A stretch of 64,000 bases of DNA, taken from NCBI GenBank assembly GCA_950097015.1, contig CATNEN010000038.1, positions 3,348,001 through 3,412,000 on the forward strand, read 5' to 3'. Every line of letters begins with the position of its first letter. The stretch's first letter is position 1. Source of the DNA: Macrostomum hystrix. Lineage: Eukaryota; Animalia; Platyhelminthes. Positions 28,970-40,335 of the stretch are shown in pieces. The position numbers and the translations under genes were made by a program. The notes under the pieces are model-generated. The model had not been told where the DNA came from and ran no database searches. It saw only the letters and a program-made list of their open reading frames with translations.

Positions 28970-29445
28970 TGTGAGACTGAGCTACCTGTCTGGTGTGAGA
29001 CTGAGCAACCTGTCTGGAGCGAGGTTGAGCTACCTGTCTGGTGTGAGATTGATCTACCTGTCTGGAGCGAGATTGAGCTACCTGTCTGGCGTGAGATTGA
29101 GCTACCTGTCTGGTGTGAGATTGATCTACCTGTCTGGAGCGAGATTGAGCTACCTGTCTGGTGTGAGACTGAGCAACCTGTCTGGAGTGAGACTGAGCTA
29201 CCTGTCTGGAGTGAGATTGAGCAACCTGTCTGGTGTGAGATTGAGCTACCTGTCTAGGGTGAGATTGAGCAACCTGTCTGGTGTGAGATTGAGCTACCTG
29301 TCTAGGGTGAGATTGAGCAACCTGTCTGGTGTGAGATTGAGCTACCTGTCTAAGGTGAGATTGAGCTACCTGTCTGGTGTGAGATTGAGCTACCTGTCTG
29401 GTGTGAGATTGAGCTACCTGTCTGGTCTGAGATAAAGCAACCTGT
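28970..29445. repeat. 24-bp minisatellite of the same family and orientation as 26170-27452
   Basis: GTGTGAGATTGAGCTACCTGTCTG units. Confidence 0.96.
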
Positions 29446-29935
29446 GTAGATCGAGTTTGCACATACGAAAATGAAATGCGTAACTGCAACAGAAACATTC
29501 AGTGGCGCAGTCATTTATTTGAGTTAGTTTTTAACTTTACAGTTTATTTAATTACAAAGAAAAACATTAAAGCACAAACCTGCCTTGCCTTTGGCTACTC
29601 CCCAGTCAGTTGCTTTCTATCTAGTAGAAATTATTTTTTTTACATTTGTTGGTCATTAATGAACCAGTAATTTGGGATTCAGTTTACTAAACAACTGAAT
29701 TTAGTAAACAAATAATAAACAATAACGCAGAAAATGCAGAAAGAATGCTGCGCAAATATACGTTTTTTCAATTGGGACGCCCTGACACAGAAGGTCGGCA
29801 GCGTGTTCGCCAAATTACGCACAATGGTGAGCGAGCGAATTGTTTTTCTGACAGCAAATTAGCTCTTTGGGAATAAAATACGAAATTTTCGCTACGGTTA
29901 GTGACAGTGCGCAGGTAACAGTACATTGTGCTGAA

Positions 29936-31049
29936 TCAAAACCTGGCATGCTTGCTGCTGCTGCTGCCGCGACTGTGATAGAATCCGCTGTCACTTGACG
30001 ATCGCTTCAAGTTACCCTGATGCTGCTGGTGCTGACGATAATCAAACTGCTGCTGATGCTGAAAGTGCTGCGGCGGCGGTGGTGGCAGCAGAGGAGGCTT
30101 TGAAGCCGAAGGTGCCCGAAAGCCATCAGCCGGCTGGTCATCGTACCGCTGCTGACGCTGATTTTGACGGCGATGCTGATGAGTCGGCGGCGGGAGCAAC
30201 GGCGGTGGAAGCTGAGGAAAACTCGGCGGCGGAGGCGGCGGCAGTGGAGGCTGCGGAAGGTGTCGATGCCGATGTTCATGATGCTGGCGATGTCTGTTGT
30301 CCTGGTAGGCTCGGTCAGTTCTTTCCCGATCAGCCGCTCTCTCCGAGGCCTGCATCTCCTGCCACTGACGTTCATGACAGCTGCCCTGACGCGGCTTAAC
30401 TAGAAGCTCGGATCCAAGGAGGCGCTGGGTCTGGGGAAAGGGGAATCAGACAACTGAATACTCCCAGCTCAGCCAACTGAATACTCCCAGCTCAGCCAAC
30501 TGAATACTCCCAGCTCAGCCAACTGAATACTCCCAGCTCAGCCAACTGAATACTCCCAGCTCAGCCAACTGAATACTCCCAGCTCAGCCAACTGAAACTC
30601 CCAGCTCAGTTAACTGAATACTCCCAGCTCAGTTAACTGAATACTCCCAGCTCAGTCAACTGAATACTCCCAGCTCAGTCAACTGAATACTCCCAGCTCA
30701 GTTAACTGAATACTCCCAGCTCAGCCAACTGAATACTCCCAGCTCAGCCAACTGAATACTCCCAGCTCAGTTAACTGAATACTCCCAGCTCAGCCAACTG
30801 AATACTCCCAGCTCAGCCAACTGAATACTCCCAGCTCACCCTAAACAGTCTGCAGGCGTACAGCACGGACTCCTCGTGTTTAAATGTGACAAAGGCGTAG
30901 CCGCTCTTGCCATCGCGGCCAGAGACCAGTTTGACTGGGCCCTCCAGCGGACCGGACTGAAGAAACAGCTCAGTAAGCAGGTCGGCGTCAACAGCGGCTC
31001 CGAGATTGCCAACCCACAGGGTGCGCTCACGGCTGCCATCGTTCATCAT
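29936..31049 (-). CDS. RBM7: RBM7/RBM11-like RRM protein
   Basis: Exons 31049-30840 and 30430-29936: ERTLWVGNL...LLTELFLQSGPL...GYAFVTFKHEESVLYACRLF-RTQRLLGSELLVKPRQGS matches the RBM7 RRM; Pro/Gln/His-rich tail. Confidence 0.85.
30452..30839. repeat. 23-bp minisatellite (AACTGAATACTCCCAGCTCAGCC)n forming almost the whole RBM7 intron
   Basis: The array begins exactly at the GTGAGC donor on the minus strand. Confidence 0.96.
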
Positions 31050-31149
31050 TGAGGCAGAAGCGATGAGCTGAGCTTCAACTGGTTGACTGCGGGATTAGGT
31101 TTAGGTATGTGATTAATGTGCATGACCCAGCACTGACAGCTGATCAGTA

Positions 31150-32371
31150 ACACTGCAGCCTAATTCAACAGCTGATAATCTGTCACACTGCAGCCTAATT
31201 CAACAGCTGATAATCTGTCACACTGCAGCCTAATTCAGCAGCTGATAATCTGTCACACTGCAGCCTAATTCAACAGCTGATAATCTGTCATACTGCAGCC
31301 TAATTCAACAGCTGATAATCTGTCACACTGCAGCCTAATTCAACAGCTGATAATCTGTCACACTGGAGCCTAATTCAACAGCTGATAATCTGTCACACTG
31401 GAGCCTAATTCAACAGCTGATAATCTGTCACACTGGAGCCTAATTCAACAGCTGATAATCTGTCACACTGCAGCCTAATTCAACAGCTGATAATCTGTCA
31501 CACTGGAGCCTAATTCAGCAGCTGATAATCTGTCACACTGCAGCCTAATTCAGCAGCTGATAATCTGTCACACTGCAGCCTGATTCAGCAGCTGATAAAC
31601 TGTCACACTGCAGCCTAATTCAACAGCTGATAATCTGTCACACTGCAGCCTGATTCAGCAGCTGATAATCTGTCACACTGGAGCCTAATTCAGCAGCTGA
31701 TAATCTGTCACACTGGAGCCTAATTCAGCAGCTGATAATCTGTCACACTGCAGCCTAATTCAGCAGCTGATAACCTGTCACACTGCAGCCTAATTCAACA
31801 GCTGATAATCTGTCACACTGCAGCCTAATTCAGCAGCTGATAATCTGTCACACTGCAGCCTAATTCAGCAGCTGATAATCTGTCACACTGCAGCCTAATT
31901 CAGCAGCTGATAATCTGTCACACTGCAGCCTAATTCAACAGCTGATAATCTGTCACACTGCAGCCTAATTCAGCAGCTGATAATCTGTCACACTGCAGCC
32001 TAATTCAGCAGCTGATAATCTGTCACACTGCAGCCTGATTCAGCAGCTGATAAACTGTCACACTGCAGCCTAATTCAACAGCTGATAATCTGTCACACTG
32101 GAGCCTAATTCAACAGCTGATAATCTGTCACACTGCAGCCTAATTCAACAGCTGATAATCTGTCACACTGCAGCCTAATTCAACAGCTGATAATCTGTCA
32201 CACTGCAGCCTAATTCAACAGCTGATAATCTGTCACACTGCAGCCTAATTCAACAGCTGATAAACTGTCACACTGCAGCCTAATTCAACAGCTGATAATC
32301 TGTCACACTGCAGCCTAATTCAACAGCTGATAATCTGTCACACTGCAGCCTAATTCAACAGCTGATAATCT
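31150..32371. repeat. 35-bp minisatellite (CACTGCAGCCTAATTCAACAGCTGATAATCTGTCA)n
   Basis: About 35 copies between the CSTF2 3' end and the RBM7 start. Confidence 0.97.
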
Positions 32372-32685
32372 TTCAATGTGGTTTATATTACAATTCTTTA
32401 TTATCAGAAAGAAAACGAAATCAAAGCCAAAGTGCTTCACTCCACTACGCTTTGTTTATTGGCCAGATAAATGGCATTAGGGCTTCAAACGACAAGGGGT
32501 TAAACATGACTCGGAGCCTAGGCAAAACTAGCAGCCTTAACCGGTATAGAAACGAACATTAAAAAAACACAATAAAATAAGCACAATAGTTTACTTAGAA
32601 ACAACATTGAGCAGTAGAATGCAGAAAAAACTATTGAGGGTGCAAGTAAGAGTTTCAGAGACAACAAGCGAAGAAATGGTAAGCA

Positions 32686-34610
32686 TTAAATATGGCCAGC
32701 CTTGGCCAGCTGCTCCTTCAGAATCATGATTGATCGGCGCTGGTCCTCAGGCAGCATGTGGATCTGTTCGTCTGATAGCTGCAACACCTGCATAATCAGG
32801 GCGGCCTTCTCCTGGTCACCGCCTGCAATGGAGCCCATGGACATTGCTGGCGCAGCAGCGGCTTGCGACGACTGCGGCTGCGGCGGTGGCGGAGGCGGCG
32901 GCTGGCGAAACGGCTGCTGCTGCGAGTACATCGGCTGCTGCTGCTGCGGCGGAGGCGGCGGCGGCGGCTGATGGTGATAAACCTGCTGGCTGGGGCCGCT
33001 GCCCCACTGTTGCTGCATCTGAGGCGGCTGCTGATATTGCTGCTGCTGCTGCTGCTGATGGTGCATGGGCTGATGATCGGCCGGCATTATTGGCGGTATC
33101 TGCTCAGCGGGACGGCTGAGCATGGCAATAGCCACCTTGGGGTCCACCAGCTTCATCACAATCTGAGCCTGCAGAAGGGCATAGGCCAGCTGCGGATTCT
33201 GCAGCAGCATGTTGCGAGCCTCCTGAGGATTGTTCTGAATGCACTGCTTCATCTGGCGCATCAGCTCAAACATCTGCTCAGGTGGTAGGCTGGCCACGGC
33301 GCGGCTAATCTCCTCGGGCGCATTTTGCGGATCCACCTGAGGGGAGCAATGGACAGGTAGAGCTGAAGTTCCCAACATCCCTCAGACACATCTGTTCCCC
33401 AACATCCCTCAGACACATCTGTTCCCCAACATCCCTCAGACACATCTGTTCCCCAACATCCCTCAGACACCTCTGTTCCCCAACATCCCTCAGACACATC
33501 TGTTCCCCAACATCCCTCAGACACATCTGTTCCCCAACATCCCTCAGACACCTCTGTTCCCCAACATCCCTCAGACACCTCTGTTCCCCAATATCCCTCA
33601 GACACATCTGTTCCCCAACATCCCTCAGACACATCTGTTCCCCAACATCCCTCAGACACCTCTGTTCCCCAACATCCCTCAGACACCTCTGTTCCCCAAC
33701 ATCCCTCAGACACCTCTGTTCCCCAACATCCCTCAGACACATCTGTTCCCCAATATCCCTCAGACACCTCTGTTCCCCAACATCCCTCAGACACCTCTGT
33801 TCCCCAACATCCCTCAAACACCTCTGTTCCCCAACATCCCTCAAACACCTCTGTTCCCCAACATCCCTCAGACACATCTGTTCCCCAACATCCCTCAGAC
33901 ACATCTATTACCCAAAATCCCTCAAACACCTCTGTTCCCAACATCCCCAAGACACATCTGTTCCCAACATCCCTCAGACACATCTGTTCCCAACATCCCC
34001 AAGACACATCTGTTCCCAACACATCCCTCAGACACATCTGATCCCAACATCCCTCAGACACATCTGATCCAAACATGCACCAGACACATCTGTTCCCAAC
34101 ATCCCCCAGACACATCTGTTCCCAACATGCCCCAGACACATCTGTTCCCAACATCCCCCAGACACATCTGATCCCAACATGCCCCAGACACCTCTGTTCC
34201 CAACATCCCAATGCGCCAACCTTGTCTCCGTAGGGCGAGTCAACAGGCGGGCCGGAGGTGCCGGGGCCGTGTCCCAGACTGTCCTGCTGCTGCTGCTGTT
34301 GCTGATTCTGTTCTCCAGCAGCGGGGCCAATGCGCAGCGGTCGGCCGCAGAATTCGATATTCTGTAGATTGCGCAGAGCAGCCTGAGCAGTAGGCAGGTC
34401 TTTGTACTCACAGAAGCCGTAGCCCTTGGGCTTGCCGGACTCGCGGTCGTACACCAGGCGGAAGCCGATGACGGGGCCGGCCTGTTCAAACATTTCTTTG
34501 AGCCGGTCCTCCGAAGCCTCGTAAGGAATGTTGCCAACGAAGATTGACCGGGCGGTTCGTTCTAGAGCTTCTCGTTCGCGCTGATTCTGACTTTGCCGAT
34601 CAGCTGCAGC

Positions 34611-34644
<34 letters not shown>

Positions 34645-34670
34645 ATTTGCTGGGGAACAGCACCTGACAT
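32686..34670 (-). CDS. CSTF2: Cleavage stimulation factor 64-kDa subunit (compact form)
   Basis: Exons 34670-34221 and 33336-32686: RRM (SIFVGNIPYE...DRESGKPKGYGFCEY), hinge (PEEISRAVASLPPEQMFELM...QNPQLAYALLQAQ), C-terminal domain (DQEKAALIMQVLQLSDEQIHMLPEDQRRSIMILKEQL). Confidence 0.97.
33368..34208. repeat. 26-27-bp minisatellite (CCCCAACATCCCTCAGACACATCTGTT)n in the CSTF2 intron
   Basis: Tandem copies. Confidence 0.96.
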
Positions 34671-34707
34671 GACGATTAGAGCTGGAAGTGAGCAGCAGAC
34701 AAAGGTG

Positions 34708-35085
34708 TTGTTAGACAGGGTACCTAATAGAAACGTAACCTGTAAGACAGGGTACCTGTTAGAAAGGGTAGGCGTTAGACAGAACCCTGCTATACAGAAT
34801 ACCTGTTAGACAAAATACCTTTTAGACAGGGTGCCTGTTAGACAGAATACCTGTTAGACAGAATACCTGTTAGACAGAATACCTGTTAGACAGAGTGCCT
34901 GTTAGACAGAATTCCTGCTAGACAGAATATCTGTAAGACAGAATACCTGTTAGACAGGGTACCTGCTAGACAGAATACCTGTAAGACAGAATACCTGTAA
35001 GACAGAATACCTGTAAGACAGAACACCTGTAAGACAGAATACCTATTAGACAGGGTACCTGTTAGACAGGGTACCAGTTAACACA
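34708..35085. repeat. 16-bp minisatellite (ACCTGTTAGACAGAAT)n
   Basis: Between the ZCCHC4 3' end and the CSTF2 start. Confidence 0.92.
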
Positions 35086-35313
35086 GAGCTAGCCAGTAGT
35101 GAGTAACAGAAACTGCTATTGTAATAAATCAATGAAACAGCTTAAAACCAATTAGGACTCTTTCCCTGACATACACAGATTTATTTGGCAATCACAATCA
35201 TATTAACATAAATTTGTCATCTAGAATGTACTTTAAAAAGAAATACCACTCGAAAAAGCAATTTCGATACAAGAAATGCAATCGATAACAAAAAAACGGC
35301 CAAACGGGTGACT

Positions 35314-37844
35314 TCACAGAGTCGCGCCAGCATTTGCATCGGCAATGCCCCGCCGGCACTCGTGAGTATTCAAGTACTTGGCCTTGACGCATCTGTCACA
35401 GGCGGAGCAATGCACTCTGGCTGGCGGGTGCGCAGTCACGCACCTGCCACAGGCGTCGCAGTGGGGATTCCAATTGGCCGAATGTCGGTGGCAGTCGGCG
35501 CACCATCTGGTGCCAGGCGGCGGCGGCAGCCGGGCTTCGGGCACGTCGGAGAACAGTCGTACAGCGGAGCTGGCTGATGATCGCAGCCTGGCGTGATTGG
35601 CGTAGGACAGCTGGCAATCGTGCATGCGTAGACCACGTGGCTGCAGCCAGCGCTTTCCCAGGTAGTACGGCACCGCCACCGCCTTGAACACCTGGCAGTG
35701 GGGGCAGGTAAGATGCTGACCTTTGTAAATATTTTTATTTGGTACTCATAGCAAAGCAGAAAACCAGAAACTCGAAATTAAAGAAACCGAATACGAGAAA
35801 CCCGAAACCGAATACCAGAAATTCGAAACCGAATACGGGAAACCCGAAACCGATTACGAGGAACCCGAAACCGAATACGAAAAACCCGAAACCGATTACG
35901 AGGAACCCGAAACGGAATACGAGAAACCCGAAACCGATTACGAAGAACCCGAAACCGAATACCAGAAATTCTAAACCGAATACGGGAAACCCGAAATCGA
36001 ATACGAGAAACCCGAAACCGAATACGAGAACTTCGAAACCGAATACGGGAAACCCGAAACCGAATACGGGAAACCCGAAACCGAATACCAGAACCCGAAA
36101 CCGATTACGAGGAACCCGAAACCGAATACCAGAAATTCTAAAACGAATACGGGAAACCCGAAACCGATTACGAGGAACCCGAAACCGAATACGAGAAACC
36201 CGAAACCGAATACGAGAAACCCGAAACCGATTACGAAGAACCCGAAACCGAATACCAGAAATTCTAAACCGAATACGGGAAACCCGAAACCGAATACGAG
36301 AAATTCGAAACCGAATACGGGAAACGCGAAACCGAATACGGGAAACCCGAAACCGAATACGAGAAACCCGAAACCGAATACGAAGAACCCGAAACCGAAT
36401 ACCAGAAATTCTAAACCGAATACGGGAAACCCGAAACCGAATACGAGAAACCCGAAACCGAATACGAGAAATTCGAAACCGAATATGGGAAACCCGAAAC
36501 CGAATACCAGAAATTAGAAACCGAATACGGGAAACCCCGAAACCGATTACGAGGAACCCGAAACCGAATACCAGAAATTCGAAACCAAATACGAGAAACC
36601 CGAAACCGAATACCAAAACCTCCAGACCAGTGTTGCCATCGTTGAATTGAAAAAAAGTCTCGCAGCTTTCAAAATGGGGATGTTTTTCTCTTCTTGTTGA
36701 GCTTGTCGCAGCTTGTCTAGGGCTTTTTGAACTTCCTGCTCGGCCTGGATGCAACGAGCTTGAGCCTCCTTTTTCTGTTCATCCTGCCTTCTAATCAACT
36801 CAAGCTATTCGCACTTCGCACAGCAGAACAATGTAAGACCGTAACTAAATAAGATAAATAAATAAATATTTTCTTAGAAAACTGAACTTAAACTGAACTC
36901 AACTAGCAAACTAAATCCAAAAAAATCATAACTGCATTTAAGAAAATAATGAGTTTTTCTTAGAATCCCGATGTGAAAAAAAATCCCAGGACGTCACAGA
37001 CCTGGCTGCACCCAGCCTCTGCGGCGGCAGTTGCCAGCCAATCGAGACAATCCACCAGAGGTGTAAGCAGGCCGCCAAACGGCGGATCAGCGACAATCAG
37101 GCAAACTGAGGACGCAGATTCCAGGCTCTTGGATTCCTTCAGCCTCAGCATCCGCCGGAACTGGGCCTGACCGTCGGCCTCCAGAAAGGTGGCATTGAAC
37201 ATGTTGAAGGCCAGCCAAGTAGGGAAGAATTCTCCCAGTCGATTGTCGGCGTCCAGCAGGAGGCTTTGGCATCGTTGCCGACGTCCACCGGATGAAAACG
37301 ACGCCGCATAGTTGACGGCTTCGTGTAGGCGCGGACAGCCGACGCAGAGCAGACGGCGGCATTGCAGCCGACGAACCAGTTTCAACAGATAGGCCAAACT
37401 CTCCGGCGAGAAGAAGTACTGCGACGACTGGCGAGCCGTCAGCGGCGGTAGAAAACCAGTCGGAGCCAGGAGGCGTCGTCTGGGTAGTCGCCGAATCAGC
37501 CGATGCCCTGCGCAGCTGTTCAGAAGCTCGGCTTCGCCAAGCCTCACCCGGCCGCAGTCCAGGCAGTAGGCGCGCAGACGGGCGGGCGTGGCCAAGGCGT
37601 CGCCGAGGCGGCAACGTTTAGGGAGCGGCGATGCATCCGATGATAGGCGAGGCGGACGACAGGCAGCGGGCTGGCGGGTGAAGGAGCAGCAGTGGCGCAG
37701 GCTGCCATCGTCCAGCACCAAGGCCAGCATCGGACCGTGCAGAGGGCAGGTCGGCGTCTGATCGTCGCCGACATCGTCCGAGCCATGCCCGTTGACTATG
37801 GTGGCAATTAGGGCTGAGCGGCTGGGCTTCTGTTTCTGGGGCAT
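35314..37844 (-). CDS. ZCCHC4: 28S rRNA N6-adenosine methyltransferase ZCCHC4-like
   Basis: Exons 37844-37002 and 35691-35314: N-terminal CPLHGPML zinc finger, YCLDC...H, SQYFFS, LLCVGCPRLHE, SLLLDAD, FNMFN, catalytic DPPFGGL, and C-terminal CxxC/HCxxC repeats. Confidence 0.88.
35762..36620. repeat. 21-bp minisatellite (GAAACCCGAAACCGAATACGA)n in the ZCCHC4 intron
   Basis: Tandem copies; source of the 339-aa and 303-aa low-complexity ORFs. Confidence 0.95.
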
Positions 37845-38841
37845 CAGTTCAACTGCTGAAATCTGAGGAGACACGCAAACCTTTTATGCAAGTGAGTACA
37901 GATAGAATACAAATGACACCACAGCCCAGCTGGGTTGAGTGCCTGTGCACAGCTGTGTACGGTGGTTTAGTCCATGGACAGAGGGAAGGACAGGACTCAA
38001 TGACATATATTGTCTGTAGTTGTACTGAGATTCGAACACCCAACCTATTTAAAATCTGAGCTTTTACCACTGAAGTGCAAGCTCCCTTTGCCATCATGTA
38101 CAAAATAACCGAAAATTAAATAACAATAGGCACATAAAACACTTTGATTTTTTTCTAGTTTATTAACAAATTAACACTTTTTAATTGACAGCCGGCGAAA
38201 TTTCCCAAAATATTTGTTTTGGGTAGAAAGAAAGCCAAACAGGTTAAGGCTAGAAGACAGAAGATGGTATCATTGGACACATGACAGATAAGAAAAAGAG
38301 CAATAAGATGGCCCACTGCTATCGATTCTTACATTATTATATAGAAATTAAATTTGCGCCAGAAATAGTTCATTTAAACAAAACTGAATATTTCAGTAGA
38401 AATTTAATTTCTGAATAATTAAGCAACAGAAAGGCCAAAGCTTTTCAGAATAAATATTCACGCAAAACAAAATAAACTAAATTGCCTGCATCAAAGTACT
38501 TTCTTTGTTTTCCACCAGACAAAACAAAATTCTTCTAAACACAGAATAAATTTAAAAGTATACTTTCTGTCATTAACCATGAACATACAGTTATAACTCA
38601 AAAGACATCAAATTGATGATCTTGTACTGTACTGAATATGCAAGCACTTGAAATTCTTATGGTACATTAACTAGCAGATGAGGCTGAGGGAAAGACTGCT
38701 CGCGTTTTAAGAGAAGGTTTAAAGGAATAATATGAAATATTGTTGGTTCGTTTATAGGCAAAAGCATCACCGTACAGCAACTGAACTAGAAAATGAGATG
38801 CGCTTGAATGGCTAGAAATATCCCGCTATGAGCAGTCAGGC

Positions 38842-39805
38842 AGATGAGGAAGGGTGAAGGAGAGATGAGGCATGGGGAAGGGGAGATGAGGCAGGAAGAA
38901 GGGGAGATGAGGCAGGAAGAAGGGGAGATGAGGCAGGAAGAAGGGGAGATGAGGCAGAGGGAAGGAGAGATGAGGCAGGAGGAAGGGGAGATGAGGCATG
39001 GGGAAGGGGAGATGAGGCATGGGGAAGGGGAGATGAGGCATGGGGAAGGGAGATGAGGCAGGAGGAAGGGGAGATGAGGCAGGAAGAAGGGAAGATGAGG
39101 CAGAGGGAAGGAGAGATGAGGTATGGGGAAGGGGAGATGAGGCAGGAGGAAGGGGAGATGAGGCAGGAAGAAGGGAAGATGAGGCAGAGGGAAGGGGAGA
39201 TGCGGCAGGAGGAAGGGGAGATGAAGGGGAGGAAGGGGGAAGGGAGGAAGGGGAGATGAGGCATGGGGAAGGGGAGGTAAGGCATGGGGAAGGGGAGATG
39301 AGGCATGGGGAAGGGGAGATGAGGCAGGAGGAAGGGGAGATGAGGCAGGAGGAAGGGGAGATGAGGCAGGAAGAAGGGAAGATGAGGCAGGAGGAAGGGA
39401 AGATGAGGCAGGAGGAAGGGGAGATGAGGCAGGAGGAAGGGAGGATGAGGCAGGAAGAAGGGAAGATGAGGCAGAGGAAAGGAGAGATGAGGTATGGGGA
39501 AGGGGAGATAAGGCAGGAGGAAGGGGAGATGAGACATGGGGAAGGGGAGATGAGGCAGGAAGAAGGGGAGATGAGGCAGGAGGAAGGGGAGATGAGGCAG
39601 GAGGAAGGGGAGATGAGGCAGGAGGAAGGGGAGATGAGGCAGGAGGAAGGGGAGATGAGGCAGGAGGAAGGGAAGATGAGGCAGGAAGAAGGGGAGATGA
39701 GGCAGGAGGAAGGGGAGATGAGGCAGGAGGAAGGGGAGATGAGGCATGGGGAAGGGGAGATGAGGCATGGGGAAGGGGAGATAAGGTATGGTGAAGGGGA
39801 GATGT
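38842..39805. repeat. 21-bp polypurine minisatellite (GAGATGAGGCAGGAGGAAGGG)n
   Basis: About 45 copies with strong purine/pyrimidine strand asymmetry. Confidence 0.96.
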
Positions 39806-40335
39806 TAGATAGTGCACTCCTAAAAAATCTGAAATTAGATAGTGCGCCGAGAAGACAATGAAAGTTGAAAGGGACAGCCAGAAAATGAGGCAGAATATCA
39901 AGGCATTTCTTACTTACCGTGGCGCCTTCAAAAGGCAATATAGATAGATTATCGATTAGACTGATGACATCAAGGCGTACAGTGTTTTTATATTTACAAA
40001 TGGACATTATCTAGGATTCAATTGATTTAAAAATCGACGAATAGAAAACTTGATTGCTCTGAAAAATCGATGAATCAAGTTTTAGTCGTTTTCAAAAATC
40101 TACGAATAAAGCCTCGCTGGATTACTTGCAACAAAAGAGAACTATGAAACTTGTCTTTTATTATTATGTATTCTATACTAATCCTATGTAGCACATTCAA
40201 TAGCTATTAGTAAAGGGAGCGATTAAATTAAGGCAACAGAACAGAACTAAATTAAATGTTCTAATTAAACAAAAAAATAGAAAAAATCCGGGTCAAGTTT
40301 AACAAATTGCGACACAAAAACATGGACCAAAAAGC

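Noticed and set aside
31150-32371. CRISPR-like regular arrays (35-bp unit here; also the 28-, 30- and 33-bp arrays)
   Set aside because: Units are head-to-tail with no unique spacers, there are no cas genes, and the context is intron-containing eukaryotic DNA.
33261-34670. 469-aa CSTF2 ORF with GCWGTEVSE repeats
   Set aside because: Read-through into the satellite intron; splicing 34221 to 33336 restores the conserved RRM-hinge junction.
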